Under the pieces are notes generated by a model. That model worked only from the letters and a program-made list of their open reading frames with translations. It ran no database searches and was not told the origin of the DNA. Positions 1 to 13,442 of a stretch of DNA of 64,000 bases are shown here, in pieces (position 1 is the first letter of the stretch; every line of letters begins with the position of its first letter). A program made the translations under genes and the position numbers. This DNA is from Rhizaria sp. SCN 62-66 (taxonomy: Eukaryota): NCBI GenBank assembly GCA_001724265.1, contig MEDY01000023.1, positions 62,001 through 126,000 on the forward strand, read 5' to 3'.

Positions 1-3000
1 CGGCGGCCTCAGCCTCTGCGGCGGCGGTCGCGGCGGCCAGCGCGGCGCAGTTGGCCGTGTACGCGGCGCGCGTGGCCTCCGTCAGCTCGTGCGCCGCGGC
101 CAGCACATGCGCGATCGTGCTGCGCGCGCGCGTCAACCACCACACCACCGACGGCGGCTCGCGCGAGGCAGCGGCGCTTACATCGCCAGAGCCGGCCTCA
201 GGGGAGGTACTTAGACTGCGCGGGCCCGTAGCAATTGCGGCAAACGCGCGCCGGCGCTCCTTGACGCTGAGCCCCGTCAGGGGCGCGCTCGCCGTGTCCT
301 CGGGCGCCTCGTCGGACTCGATCGACAGCGCCGGCAGCGCGGCGGCGCCGGCGACGCAGGTCCGCACGTGCGCCGCCGCGGCCAGACGCAGCAGCGCGCG
401 CGCCGCGGTCAGCAGCTTCGCGCCCGCGGCCTCTACGGCGGCGGCGGCGGCGGTTGTCGCCGGGGTCCGCATCGCGCACACGGCGGCGGCGCTGCCAGCG
501 GTGGAGTTGCCCGTGGCGAGCAGAGTGCCCGGTGCGGCGGCGGCGCCAAGCCACTGCATGAGCGCAGGCAGGGCGGCCGTGGCGTTGCCCAGCGTCCAGT
601 CGCCGTCGCGCGCCAGCAGCGCCAGCGCGCTCAGGCCGCTGTCGCTTGCAGCCGCGCCCGCGGCGCTCGTGGGCACCGGTGCCGACAGAGAACGCAGCTT
701 GGGCAGCAGAGTGGCGACGGCGCCGGTGCAGGCGTCGCGCAGTTCGTCCACCAACGCCAGAGAACTGGCCCAGCCGCGGGCGCTACCTTCGCCGCTGCCA
801 TTGCCGCCCTCAGCAGCCTTGCTGGCCTCGGCATCGTCGGTCTCGTCGTCGTCGTCGTCGTCCTCGTCGTCGTAAACGCCCTCGGACGCGGAGGCCTAAA
901 GTCGGAAATTAGAACATGATAGTAGAGGTTCGTAAGAATAAATATAAATAAAACAATTTGCAAAAAATACATTAAATGCGAGTTTAGCTCTAGTTCGCTC
1001 AGATGGTATCTAGATAGATCAATTAAACGTTTTTAAGCACGATAACATTTGACGTACCTGACGCTTGACCGCGAGCGCGCGCTCGACGCTGCGCGCCACA
1101 GCCGCGCCCGCCGCCGTTACCATGATAACCTCCTCGAGCACCAGCAGCGCGACCACGGCGGACGCGCCGGCCGCGCTGTTGGCGTTGTTGCTGCCGCCAC
1201 CGCCGCCGCTGCCGCCGGCGAGCGTTCTCAGCCACACGGCCGTCTCGGCGCTGTTGTTGCCGCCGTCGCCGCTGCTCCCGCTCTTCTTCTGCTCCTCGAG
1301 CGCGCGCACGTCGCAGGCGAGCGCGTCGACGTGCCCGTCAGCGCGGCGTAGGGTGACGCGCGTGCCAGGCAGCACGAGTCCGCGCTCGCCGTCGCCCTGG
1401 GACCCGCCGCCAGCGCCGCGCGTGTCGCCGTCGAAGTCCTCCCCCTCGCCGACCGCGACAACGGCCAGCAGCAGTTCGGGGGCCGCGGAGACGGCCGCGG
1501 CGGTGAGTCTGCCGCGCGCCAGCCCCGTGCCCGCCGCCGACTCGAGCAGCGAGCACGTTGACAGCAGGCCGGAGCGGGCGAGCGCGATGCGGCCCATGGT
1601 CGCCGTGAGCGCCGCCAGAGGCACGTCGAAGCTGGACCCCGCGCCGGTCGCGGAGACGCTCGAGAACACGTCGCTGCTGTTCGCGCTGCCACTCCCGCCG
1701 CTGCTGCCCGCAGTATCACCAGAGTCGGCGCCGGTGCCGCCGAGAGTGGTGTCGGCGTTGTCACGGTCATCGGCCTCGGTCGCAGCGGAGGCGGCGGCGT
1801 CGGCGGCCGCGCCCTGGGCGATGGCGGCGACTTCAGTGACGCTCAGCTCGGCGCCGTCACCGCTGGCAGCGATACTCGCCAGCGCGGCGCTGTTGCCACT
1901 CAGTGTGGTGTTGCCAGAGGTAGCGTTTGAGGCAGAGGGAGCCCAGAGGGAGTCGAGCGCGGCCTCGGTGTCGCGCAGGCCGGGCATGAGAGACGGCAAC
2001 AGCGACTGCAGCGCTGCGGCGGGGGTCGCAGTCAGCGCCGTCACCAGCGCACTGTTGTAAAGCAAGGAGAAAAACATAAAGAAATGTGAGTGCAGTTTTT
2101 GAGAAAGCGAGAATTAAGACATACATGCGATATAAATGTAAAAAATTTCTAATTAAGAATCCATATTTTAAGTATAAAAATACAATTTGTAATCTGCCAA
2201 GTCGCGTATAAGCCGCACAAAGTCACATTACAGAAGGTGGCAAGTCGACGTACGTGACTGAGCGCGAAAGCGAGCGCAGGCGCGCGGTGGCCCTGAGCGC
2301 GAACACCTGCACACGCGGGTGCAGCTCACTGCCACTATTGCCGTTATTCCCGCCGCTGCTGTTGTTGTGGGCGAGCACAGCGGCGGCCTTCGCGGAGCCC
2401 GCGTAAGTCTCCGCGGCGACGGCGGCCCCGGCGAGCGGGGCGGCGCCGGGCGTGCCGAACAGCGCCGCCACGACCTGCGCCGAGCGGGCGGACTTGTAGC
2501 TGACACGGTCAAGTGACAGCAGCAGCGCCAGCACCACGTCCTTGAGCCGGATCGCGGTCGGCATGTGCAGCGCGAGGAAGTCGAGCTTGACGCGGGTCCC
2601 AGCGCCTGCTACGCCGGCGAGGGCGACGGCCACGGAGACCTTCTGCTGAGCCACCAGGCGCGACTGTAGTTCGTTGCAAACAAGGAAAATAAAACAGGAA
2701 TTATCAGGGTATATGAGAAGAATATAAGTTATAACAGATTACGCATTGATATATCCTATTTTTGTTCATTTTGAGTTGGTTCACAGATCATCACTCGCAA
2801 TAGAACGTGTGGACAAGGCTTCTTGCGAGAGCAACATAGACGTACCTGTGTGAGCGCATAGAGCCCGCGCCAGGCCTTCTGCCTGCGGCCCTCAACTGCG
2901 CGGCCGGACAGCGCGGCCACGCCCTCCGCACGGAGCACTGCGGAGGCCTCTTCGTGGCGCCGCACCAGCTGCTTGAGCCGGCGCAACTCCTCCCTGAAAC

Positions 3001-5260
3001 ATCGATAAAAAGCAATAAAAAGCAAGGTATATAAAAATTTGTGAGACAAAAGTCAAAAAATAAAGAAAACGTTTTTAAAGACAAGTTAAAACCTACAATT
3101 GTGACACTGCGATACACTTAGACGCAATAAATATAATTATTCCACAAGTTTGTTTTGCCTAAGTGATGAAGCAACGTACCTCGCCCTCTCTAGCGCGGCG
3201 GCCCGATCCTTGGCCTCCCGGTCCCTCTGCGTGAGCTCCAGGTGCAGATCATCCACCTCCTGCTGCAGCTCGCGCTCCAGCTCCGCATGCTGCGCCTCGA
3301 CGTCCTCAGACGCATCGTGCAGCGCCAGCAGGTGCGTGGCCTGTTCCTTAGCGCGTGCTAGTTCCTCTTCCAACTCCAGGTTGCGCTCGGTCAGCTCCTC
3401 GACCATGGCCTCGAACGCGGTGCCCGACGCGTCGGCCAGTTGCTCCTGCAGCTGTACAATAACGCCCTCGGCACGCTTGAGCGCGCGCGCCGCGTCGTCG
3501 TTGGTCTTGGCCTTCTTGGCGCTGGCCTCGGCCTCGGTCTGCAGCTCCGCCAGCTTGGTCTCGAGGCGGGTCTTATCGCGTACGGACATGTCGCGCAGCT
3601 TCACGAGCGCGGCCGTCAAGTCGCGGTTCTGCTTCACGAGCGCCTCGGCCTCAGCGGCGTCACCAGAGCCGGCGCCGGCGCCAGCGGAGGCAGCAGCGCC
3701 CGCAGAGCTGAAGCTCGAGACAGAGGCATTACTGCCGCCGCCGCCGTTGGCGAGCTCGGTCTTAAGGCGCTCAACCTCGGCCTCGAGAGCGCTCGCACGA
3801 TCCTCAGCCTCCAGCAGCGAGGTCTGCGCCTCATCCAGCTCTTCCTCAAGAAGCTCCTTGGCGACCGAGATCTCCTCAAAGAGCTCCGTCTGCTCGTTGA
3901 GCTTGTCCCTGAGCGACTCGACCTCGTCGGCGGCCGTGGCGTCGGCGGCGTGGCGGCTCGCCTGCTCCGTCACCGTCGCCTGCAGCGTCGCGATCCGTTC
4001 CGCCTGCACCTCGAGCTTTTGCGTCGCCACCTTAAGCTTCGCCTCGCCCGCCCTCTCGCGCTCCCGCAGGTCAGACAGGATCGACTCGTGCTCGCCCACG
4101 GTCTCGGCCAGCCGCGCCTTGACCGCCGCGTGGTCGCGCTTCTCGCCCTCCAGGTCCTGCTGCGCGTGGGCCAGATCAGACTCGAGCCGTGCGACACGCG
4201 TGGCGGCCTCGGCGGCGGCGGCCGTCGCGCGCGCCTCGAGCGCGTCTTGCTTGGCGTCGCGTGTGGCCAGCTCGGCCGACTGGCGCTTCGCGGAAGCCTC
4301 AAGCTCGGCCTGAAGGCGACTCACCGTCGTGCGCAGCTGCGTGCACTCGGCCTGCAGCTTCGCGTCGATCGAGCTCCCACCTGTACTCACACCGGCACCA
4401 GCAGCAGTGCTGCTAGAGCTCGAGCTAGCGGGCGTGGGCGCAGTTGCTGCTGTAGCCGATGTCGCTGTTGTTGCAGTCGTTGCTGCGGGAGCGCTAGCGT
4501 TAGCTGTGGGCTTGACTGGGGTCGTAGCTGCAGTCGTAGCAGCGGGCGCAGCAGCAGCAGCAGGAGCACCAGTGGTGGCCGGCTTGCTAGCAGCAGTAGC
4601 AGCAGCAGCAGCGACAGGGGGCGGCGTCGGCGGCGCCTCGGGAATGGCGCTGATGCCGGCGGCTGGAGCGCCGCCGCTGCTGGCCGCGCTGAGGCTGGCC
4701 GGCGCGGGGGCCGCGGCGGGGGCCTTAGCGGCGGAGACGAGCGGGGACGGTGCGGCGGCGGCCGCGGCGGGCTTGGGCGACGTCACAGGGGTCGCGGCAC
4801 CACTAGCACTCGCAGTCACAGGCAACGGCTTGGTCGCAGTTGCGGTGCGGGACGGCGCGCCAGCGACGGGCTTCGCGGCGGCAGCAGCAGCGGCGGGGGT
4901 GACAGCAGCAGCGGCGGACTTGGCCGCGGGGGTCGCGGTCGGCGACTTAAGCCCAGCCGCGGTCGCAGCAGCGACGGCAGGCTTCGCAGGCGTGGCAGGA
5001 GCAGCAGCGGCGGTCGCAGGGCGGACGGTGTTGGGCTTGACGAAGATGCCGTGGTTCTCGGGGCAGGCAAAGTACGCGCGGTCCTTGATGGTGCCGTTGT
5101 TCTTGCCGACGGGCTCGTTGAGGATGACACCGACCCACACGCCCGGCGCGAAAGAGGTCTCGCCCAGGAAGGAGCAGACGCCATCAATGCCGCCCGGATG
5201 CTCCTTTGTCGTCGCGATCACGCGGTCGCCGACCTTAAAGTTCACGCTGTCGGCGCTCAT
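1..5260 (-). CDS. DCTN1: Dynactin subunit 1 (p150Glued); 3' end runs off the window. Exons (minus strand) 5260-3180, 2993-2846, 2663-2254, 2051-1058, 895-<1
   Basis: The N-terminal CAP-Gly domain (FLGETSFAPGVWVGVILNEPVGKNNGTIKDRAYFACPENHGIFVK) is followed by an Ala/Pro/Thr linker and a long coiled coil (ALVKLRDMS, EAMVEELTERNLELEE) typical of p150. Four AT-rich GTACGT...AG introns (186, 182, 202, 162 nt) join the exons in consistent phase. Confidence 0.88.
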
Positions 5261-6122
5261 CGCGGGCAGCGGTGACACACGCGACTTGGGTGCGTATCAA
5301 ACTTCGAAAGCTGGCGAGGCTAGGCGAGGGCTCACAGCTGTTAAAGCTAAAGCGTCGCGTCGCCAGTGTGTGCGCGCAGTGCGGTTGACGACTTGCAAAC
5401 GCTGGTGCTGTTGTAGTGAGGGCTGTGAGCGAACGAGTGGGATGTGACGGATGGAGGAGACAAGGGGGACGAAGGCGGAATTAGCAAGACAAATTTCAGG
5501 GTTGGAATGTCGACTAAGAAGTAAAGAATTAAATATGTTAGAGAAAACAACATGTTTTTCTAATACATCGCCAAGTGATATAGAATGACAGTCTTTGTTT
5601 CTACATCACGACTTTTTTGTTCGCCAACAAGATCTCGTCTTTGCTCACATTTGCAACCAACATGAGCGAGTCGTAGAGTCCTTGACTAAAAGGATTACTT
5701 CGGCCTGCGGCTACTGGGAGGGCAATCTGGCGATATGTAGTGCGCTCTCTACCGACATGAGCTGAAGATTTTAAAAGTACATACCGATATTCCATTAAAC
5801 AAAGTCGATGATTTGAATATTGAACCTGTTATATAAGCAGGGATACTGCGGATACATCGTGTCAAACTATAATTTACCTCGTTTCCTCGTGACAGATAGA
5901 TCAGGAAGAGACCTGTGCATTCCATTTAGCATGTTGTCAAACAACAAATGACCTGCGTTGTATAGATATTTAATGCTCTTAATATTGTTCCTCTTGTGCA
6001 CGCGTTTTCCACCCGTTGATCAGTCGCACACGCCTAGTATTAAATAGACACCCGCGCAGCCTCGAACGTTCCTCACACGCAACCCACCACAAATCCCCAA
6101 TTCCCTCATTCTCTTGATTACA

Positions 6123-6944
6123 ATGCCTATAGGTATGTCTGATTTATCTCAGCCGGTGTGGATTGCTGCACTTGAAAGGCGGCTGGCTTGTCTTCGGGCT
6201 CATATCACTGCTGTCATCCACAATAAGCCCCTCGAGATCTTGAAACAACCTCATATCGAGAAAGAGGTTCCGATCCGTGCTGACGCAATTCGCATCATGG
6301 ACATGGAGAGCGACAAGAAGTCCGTCGCGGCTGCACTTAAGGCGGCGACCGAGGACTGGAACGAGAGGACGCAGCAACTAAAGCAGAAGGCCAGCATCCT
6401 TCGCACGAGCGACGCCAACGACGTCCTCGACGCGATCGCTCTTGCGTTCGTCAAGGAGCGCGCTGAGAGCGGCCCCTGGTACACACATTTCCGTCTTACG
6501 TGCAACCCGGCAACCGGTGAGTATTCTCAGCAGCGCGTCCCGCCGCACGAGGTGACAATTGGCGACATCTTATGGGCCGCCAAGTGTCACGACGACGCCG
6601 CAGTGCGCGAGGCGCTCGCCCAACGCTTTCCCGCGGACGTCTGGAGCGCGCTGACGCGGCTCTAGAGCGAGTACCACACCGCCGCGCCCGCGGACGGACC
6701 CGCACGCATCCCGGTCCCACTGGACAGCCGCGGGCGCATCACGCTGAGCATCGGGCGCGCAGACGACGCGCCCCTCGTCGTCTCCGCGCTGCTGATTGCG
6801 GGCGTGCTCGCGGACGCGGATAACGTGTTCGTCATGGAGGTACGCAAGGTTTCGCTGCTTGCACAGGCTCCTGCAGCGCCCGCATTAGCCTTTGACGATG
6901 CTGTTGTCATCGCCGCTGAGGGCGATGCTGAGAAACAAGCCTAA
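6123..6944 (+). CDS. Hypothetical protein, ~273 aa if the in-frame TAG at 6663-6665 is read as sense
   Basis: ORF 6114..6665 ends in TAG, but the same frame stays open and GC-rich (SEYHTAAPADGPARIPVPLDSRGRITLSIG...EKQA) to TAA at 6942-6944, where AT-rich sequence begins. Confidence 0.55.
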
Positions 6945-7274
6945 GTTGAGCAAGCTTGTGCTGAGTGCGCATATAGGGAAACCAGAGCAGAGGATACATG
7001 GCAGTGTGGGCGGAGAGTAGCACGAACAAAAGCTGAAAAATACAATACTAATTTGAACCGTTTGCGCGATGATAAATCTGTATTCATATTGCGTGTCTCA
7101 GAATCACACTGTATTCGTTGGCCTCAATGGCCCTTGGAGCCAAGGTGACTGACTTGGATACGTATTAATACTTGCTAAAATGAGCACAATTCATATCATA
7201 TACAGAAATATATACGCATGTCGTTATATTATTTGTGCAATGCTCGTAATTGTTATACCTCGCCAATATTTCGC

Positions 7275-8612
7275 TCACACGAGGAACTTGCGCTTGACGA
7301 CGCTGTCCCCGGCCTCTGCCCACTCAGCCTTGGTGACGCAATACTGCGCCACGAACCCTTCCTGAGCCGCGAACCGTGCGCCGGCGCGCCAGCCCGCCGT
7401 GATGGGGTCTGCGGGCTGCCGCACCGACAGCGCGGCCTCGGCCGGCACGTGTGGCCGCAAATCCCGCAGTAAACGCTCGGCGGCGTTGGGAAGGTTGAAG
7501 CAGCCGCCGACCAACACGATGTTGCCCCAGAGTAGTCCGCGCAGTTCAGCAGGCGCGGCGGCCACGGCGGCGGCCACGGTCTCGGCCAGTCCGGACTGCG
7601 GGTAGCCGATGTCCTGGGGACGAAATAACAGCTCAGGCACGGAAAAGCGCTCGTTGGTCACCGCGATCGCGTGCTCCTCATCCTCGTCGTCGTCGTTGTC
7701 GTTGCTGCTCGCGGCGGTAGCGGCGGCAGCGGCGGTGGCAGGGTCCGCGATGGCCCTGGGCGGCTTAACTTTCCCGATGAAGGTCGTGCTGTTGTTGGGC
7801 AGCACGTATTCGCGGCGGATTGTGTTAAGCGCGGCACGCTTGACTCGAGCCTTGGCCAAGTCGCCCTCGAAGTCGAGCGACACGTAGCATAGCTTCTCCT
7901 TGATGTCGTTGACCAAGTACGTCTCGTCCATAACGTCCCACTGGCGGTACGTCAGCACGTCCTTAAGGTAGTTCGTGAGCACTTTCCCGCCCAGGTCCAT
8001 GCGCTTGACGGCGGACGCAATCGGGCGGCTGCGATACACTGGCACCGCGCTGCAGCCACTGAAGCCCGCGTCCACGACCAGCGCGCACGCCGGCGGCTCC
8101 ACACTCGCGTTCGCACTGGCGCTGGCGTTGGAGGCGATGGCGGCGGCGGTGGGCGGGAAGTCGAGCGCGGGCAGCGCGGCGGCATGCGCGGCGGACATGC
8201 TGCGGTGGACAGCGCCAAACCCGTGGGTCTCGAGTGCAAGCTCCATGTACTGCGCGCCCTGGGGGCATAGCGGGGACTCGAGCAGGCACAACGCCGTGTC
8301 GGCCAGCGCTGCGTCGCTGTTGAGCAGCCCGCGGGTCGCGGCCGACGTCACGGAGGCGGGGGAGCCGAACATACGGGACCAGACGAGCGTCTCCAGTTCC
8401 CAGTCGATCACCAGCCCCTTGTCCTTGGGACGGCGGTACAGCAGCGACGTGTACTCGGTCACCTGCGCGCACTGGTCTGCGACGAGCATGCGGCGGTCGT
8501 TGCGCTGGCGCACGGCGTAGTTGGGCACAACCTTGGCGGGGCCCGCGGCGGCGTCGGCCGCGAAGCCGAGCTTGCACGTCTCGGAGCCTTCGTCCAGCAC
8601 GATCACGTTCAT
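7275..8612 (-). CDS. ARP6: Actin-related protein 6 (SWR1 complex), intronless, 445 aa
   Basis: Actin-fold motifs (VIVLDEGS, LVVDAGFS, NERFSVPELLFRPQDIG) occur with ARP6-typical KRMDLGGKVLTNYLKDVLTYRQWDVMDETYLVNDIKEKLCYVS. Ends TGA. Confidence 0.9.
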   Translation of the reverse strand: MNVIVLDEGSETCKLGFAADAAAGPAKVVPNYAVRQRNDRRMLVADQCAQVTEYTSLLYRRPKDKGLVIDWELETLVWSRMFGSPASVTSAATRGLLNSDAALADTALCLLESPLCPQGAQYMELALETHGFGAVHRSMSAAHAAALPALDFPPTAAAIASNASASANASVEPPACALVVDAGFSGCSAVPVYRSRPIASAVKRMDLGGKVLTNYLKDVLTYRQWDVMDETYLVNDIKEKLCYVSLDFEGDLAKARVKRAALNTIRREYVLPNNSTTFIGKVKPPRAIADPATAAAAATAASSNDNDDDEDEEHAIAVTNERFSVPELLFRPQDIGYPQSGLAETVAAAVAAAPAELRGLLWGNIVLVGGCFNLPNAAERLLRDLRPHVPAEAALSVRQPADPITAGWRAGARFAAQEGFVAQYCVTKAEWAEAGDSVVKRKFLV

Positions 8613-9242
8613 CTGTTTAAGGAGAGATCAGGGCGCAACACGCTCACAAAGAGATTAGCTGGGCGGTGTGTGCGGGGGTGCTACAGAGCGGGAGTTAATG
8701 TTCTTGCGGTCTGGGGTCGCTGGCTTCGCTCTGGTGGCGGAGTGCTTTTGGTTGTCTTTGAGGCATGTGAGAAAGAGAGGATATCTCGATGGAGTGAGCG
8801 TGTATGGAGATATAATTGAAAATATAAAACATAAACAACAACGCATGCCCAGATTTCTTGCGTGAAACATATAGAACGGAATTTAGACGTCGCTTGAGCC
8901 CACTGAAGTTGAGATCATGAAGCGAAGCGAGAGAGCAACAAGGTGAGTTAGACTTTTTGCGAACCGTGCCTTCGAGGCGGCTCTTCTCGCTGCATGCCGC
9001 GGGGTCAGTGTTGCGGCACGGCGGCGCCTTCGTTTGCCTTATTCGATCGCTCATTCATCGTTTGATAGCAATTCTAAGAAAGAACCCGAACAATTTTATT
9101 TAAAATTTTTGTTAGTTCTCCACCAGATACCTTTCTTGGTCTCACACACGCCCCCATTTGTCGCCCCATTTCCCTCTGTCCCTCCTTGCCTTCACCCTTT
9201 CCGCTCCGCTATCCCCGCGCGCGCCGCCGCAGGTCTCTCATC

Positions 9243-12200
9243 ATGAGTGACGGCGGTCATCACCACCGTTCCTCACTTAAGCAGACCAGCAAGCCCTTCA
9301 AGGGCTTCTCCAAGGGCGCGGCCAAGCGCGCGACGCGCGGCCGCGTCGAGGAGCGGATCACCGTCGGCTCAAAGCGCGTTACTGTTGACGGGCAGAAGCA
9401 GCGCCGCCTGGACCACGCGAATGACACGCAGCGCCGCAAGGTGCTCGAGGCCGCGCAGCGCAAGCGGCTGGGCTCGCGGCACGGCGCGCCGCGCATCGTC
9501 GGCGTCGTCGCGCTCTCCCCCACGCTCGAGGTCGGCAAACTTGCGCAGCTTCTGCGGAACGAGTGCACGCCGTGCGACAACTCGGCCAACTCGCTGCCGT
9601 TCATCCAGACGATGCGCGCGCAGGTTGAGAACAAGGACGCGCGCTTCACCTTTGTCCTCACGCCGCGCGACCCCATCGCCGTTGCCGACGTCGCCAAGGT
9701 GGCCGACGTGGTGCTGTTCGTGATGAACCCCACGGCCGCCGACGGCGAAGACCTCGGCGTCGACGTTCTGGGCAACCACTTCATGCAGATCATCAAGGCA
9801 CAGGGCCTGCCGCACGTCATCGGCGTCACCACGGGCATCTCCTCCGCTGAGGCCAACGCCGGCGCGAACGGCAGCACGCGCCGCAAGCAGACCGTGGCAC
9901 GCCTCGCCGAGCGCTTCTTCCACACCGTGTTTAACGACGAAGTCAAGGTGGTTAACTGCGACTCCCCGGCCGAGACCAAGGCGCTTCTGCGGCTGGCGCA
10001 CAACTCCCCCGCGGCGGCGCTGACGTGGCGCGTCGAGCGCGCGCGCATGCTGGGTGAGCACGTCGCGTACGTCCCCAACGAGAACTCGCCGCTGGCGCAG
10101 TCGGCCGCCGCGCTGGCCGCCGAGGGCGGGGACGACATTACGCCGCTGTTTGAGATGAACGCCGACAAGGGCCAGCTCCGCGTGACGGGCTACCTCCGCG
10201 GTGAGCGCACGCTCTGCGCGAACCAACTCGTCCACATCACCGGGTTTGGCGACTTCCCGCTCATCCAAATCGAGGGCGCGGCCGACGCCAACGCACCCGG
10301 CTGGGTCAAGGGGGCCAACCGCAAGGGCACCGCGCCGGGCGCCGCCGCCATGGAGGCCGCCGCGGTGCTGTCGCGCGCTAATGAGGAGCGCGAGACCTTC
10401 CAAGACATGCTGCCCGCCGCGGCCGCCGCGCTGGGCAACGACTTCGGCGATGACATCACCGCCGATGAGCTCGCTGCCGCAGTCGCGCAGAACCCCGACC
10501 TCGCTGCGGTACGTCTTGATTCGCATTGATCTCTCTCTTTTTGGTTAATTTCAGGATTTAATTGTATAATTTGTGTATTTTTACTAATATTTTGAGATTG
10601 TATGTTTCTATTTTTCGCTTTTAGACGTCGTCGATGTTCAAGGTTGCCGGCGACGGCTCGGTCCAGGTCCAGCGCCTGGGTCCCGAGCGCCCGCTCTTCA
10701 CGGACTGGCGCTCGCAGGAGACGGCGACCGTGCAGTCGTTTTCGTCCATCACGGCCGAGCAGGCCGCTGTGGCCGCCGCGGCCCCCCGCTTCACACAGGA
10801 CACCATCACACAAGTCCGCAACCAGGTTCGTCGGGAACAACTCTCTTCAAAATCACAAACCTAAAGCAATACCATTCATATCAATTTCTCCACCAGTAAT
10901 ATTCATGTATATAATCATTTGCACCCGATCTCATTTGTATTCATTTTTATTCATATTTACGTTGAACAGGAGATCGGCTCCGAGACGCTCAAGTCTGTGT
11001 GGGACGACATCAAGCTCTCTGACGACGAGGCCGACGACGCCGCCGCCGGCTCCGGCGCCCAGGGCATGGGCGACAGCGACGATGAGGCAGGCACTCAGGG
11101 CAAGAAGAGTGGGTTCAGCGAAGTCAACGCGGACCTGTCGCGCGGTCTCGGCCGTCTCACGTCCCCCAACGCACGCTTCCGTGCCCCTCAGGCTGACGAC
11201 GACGACGAGCTGGCGCCCCACGCCGACGTGTCAGACTTTGAGGAGGACGGCGAGGAGGGCGAGTTCGACCCCACGCAGGCCAACGCCGAGCGCCGCAACC
11301 TCCGCCGCACCGCGCGCCGCGAAGACATGGCCGAGCAGGGCATCAACGACTACGACGACACCGCGTCGCAGCTCTCAGCCTTTTCGGCCTTCTCCATGGG
11401 CTCGCTCCGCGCTCCCGGAGAGAGCTCCGCCGAGGTCGCGGCCAAGTTCTCGCAGCTGGCGTGGTCCGAGAAGGTGCGCCGCCTGTGTAAGTACGGCCGC
11501 AAGGGCGAGGACAAGCTCGCGCGCCTCAAGAAGCGCATGGAGCGCGAGGCTACTGATTTCCGCGATGAAGTTGAGTGGGACCGCAAGATCACGGCGCGCG
11601 CCCGGTTCGCGCTGTACCGTCCGCTGCGCTCGTTTCGCCAGTCGGCGTGGGACCACCACGAGAGTCTGCCCGCCGAGTACGGCCGCATCCTGCAGTTCGC
11701 CAACTTCACCATCGCAGAGCGCAACGCCAAGGACGCCTGCGCGCTCGAGAACATCTCGTCGCGGTACGTTCAGCTAAATATATCAACGTCAATATCAGCT
11801 ACATACTTCAGTGAGACATACTATTGTTTGTTTTTGATACATTTTGCTCACATTATTTTTCGTTATATCTACTTTTGCTCTATTTTTGCGCGCTTTTAGT
11901 GTGACCGAGGAGGAGGACGGCCGTCTCATGGATGACGGCGAGGACGATGCTGCCGATGCTTACGACAACGACGAGGATCCTTCTGGCCGCGCTATCGCCC
12001 CTGAGCGTGCGACCCAGGTCACCCTTGTGATCGCCAATGTGCCCGCTGACGCCGCCAAGATGGTCATGGCTGGACAGGTATGTTCCATCACATCTCACAC
12101 TAAGCAGAGCTTTTATACTGCATATATAACATCTAGATGATTTAATGTTCGGTCCAAATAACAAATATTTTATATTTTTCATTATTTTTACAACACATGA

Positions 12201-12897
12201 TTTTAATTTCACGTATTCCATTCTTTGTTTCTCTTATTGACCACTCCAGGCTCTTGCGCTCGTGTGGGGCCTGTTCCGCCACGAGCACAAGGTCTCTGTC
12301 ATGCACGTGCAGCTTAAGCGCCACAACGAGTACGACCAGCCGATCCGCAACAAGGACCCGATGCACTTCCAGGTCGGTTTCCGCCGTTTCCTCACCGCGC
12401 CGATCTTCTCCGAGCAGTGCAAGGGCACCACGAAGCTGCTGATGCAGCGCTTTGTGCCGCAGGACGTCAACTTCGTCGCCTCGTTCTACGCGCGCGTGAT
12501 GTTCCCCTCTGCCACGGTTCTCATGTTCCCAGCGCACGTGCTCGGCAGCTACAAAGACGAATTCCCCTTCAACCCCCTGGCGGCGTCTGGCACACTGCTG
12601 ACCTGCGACCCGAACCGGCTCGTTCTCAAGCGCGCCGTGCTGACTGGCTACCCCGTCAAGGCCTCGTATAACACGGCCGTCGTCAAGCACATGTTCTCCA
12701 CGCCCAGCGACGTGCAGTGGTTCAAACCCGTCGAGCTGTGGACCAAGACGGGTTTGTACGGACGCATCACCGACTCACGCGGTCTGCACGGTCTGTTCAA
12801 GGCGTCGTTCAGCAACGTTATGAAGCACAAGAAGCCGGTGCACATGACGCTTTACAAGCGTCAGTTCCCCGTCTGGAACCCCTCCACGCTCGGCTAA
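9243..12897 (+). CDS. TSR1: Pre-rRNA processing / 40S biogenesis protein TSR1, ~1,028 aa. Exons 9243-10508, 10625-10825, 10970-11763, 11900-12077, 12250-12897
   Basis: Motifs: HHRSSLKQTSKPFK N-terminus, DVAKVADVVLF, AARP2CN-like LRVTGYLRG...NQLVHITGFGDF, ARARFALYRPLRSFRQSAWD..ESLP.EY.RI.QF, and C-terminal VLKRAVLTGYP...VVKHMF..PSDVQWFKPVELWTKTGLYGRI. Introns are phase-consistent. Ends TAA. Confidence 0.93.
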
Positions 12898-13442
12898 GCA
12901 AGAACTGATACGTGCGCGCAACAGCGTTTGTTATTCGCAGTCGGATATGATAGCTTTATATTGTGTTTTACCCATATTGGACAAGTTAGAAAGAGTGAGC
13001 GAGCGAAGGGGCAGGGCAGGCTAAGCGGCGCTTCAGAAGGAAAAATGTTTTTGATATGTTTTTAGTTATATATTCCAGCAATACACATTGTGTTCTCCTC
13101 AACCATCAAGTTCCTGTCTGATAACCTATTGTTTCAGAGAGGCGTGTCTGTTTTATTGTTGGATACGGTCTGAATGAGACTTGCTTGCCTCGCTGCGGTG
13201 GCGGATCGGCAGGGTGGCCGAGAGAGACGTTACTTGGGTGGGTCAAAGTATGATTAGAAAAGAATCAGTATCTCGATCAAACGGCTGTTGTTTTGCAAAA
13301 TACTAGAAATAACGAGTAGTTTATAACCTAAAATATTGTTGATTCTTGTTTTATTTTGAATAGCAATTAATCTTGCCTTTGAAATTCCTCAGGCTTGATC
13401 TCGGTTAAAACGTCTTGTTGGAGCCTCTCTCGCTCTCCCGTG

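Noticed and set aside
5297-5795. Minus-strand ORF 5601..5795 ending in TAG that stays open further if read through
   Set aside because: It lies in AT-rich promoter-like sequence upstream of dynactin and lacks coding-like codon bias, so I did not count it as evidence for recoding.
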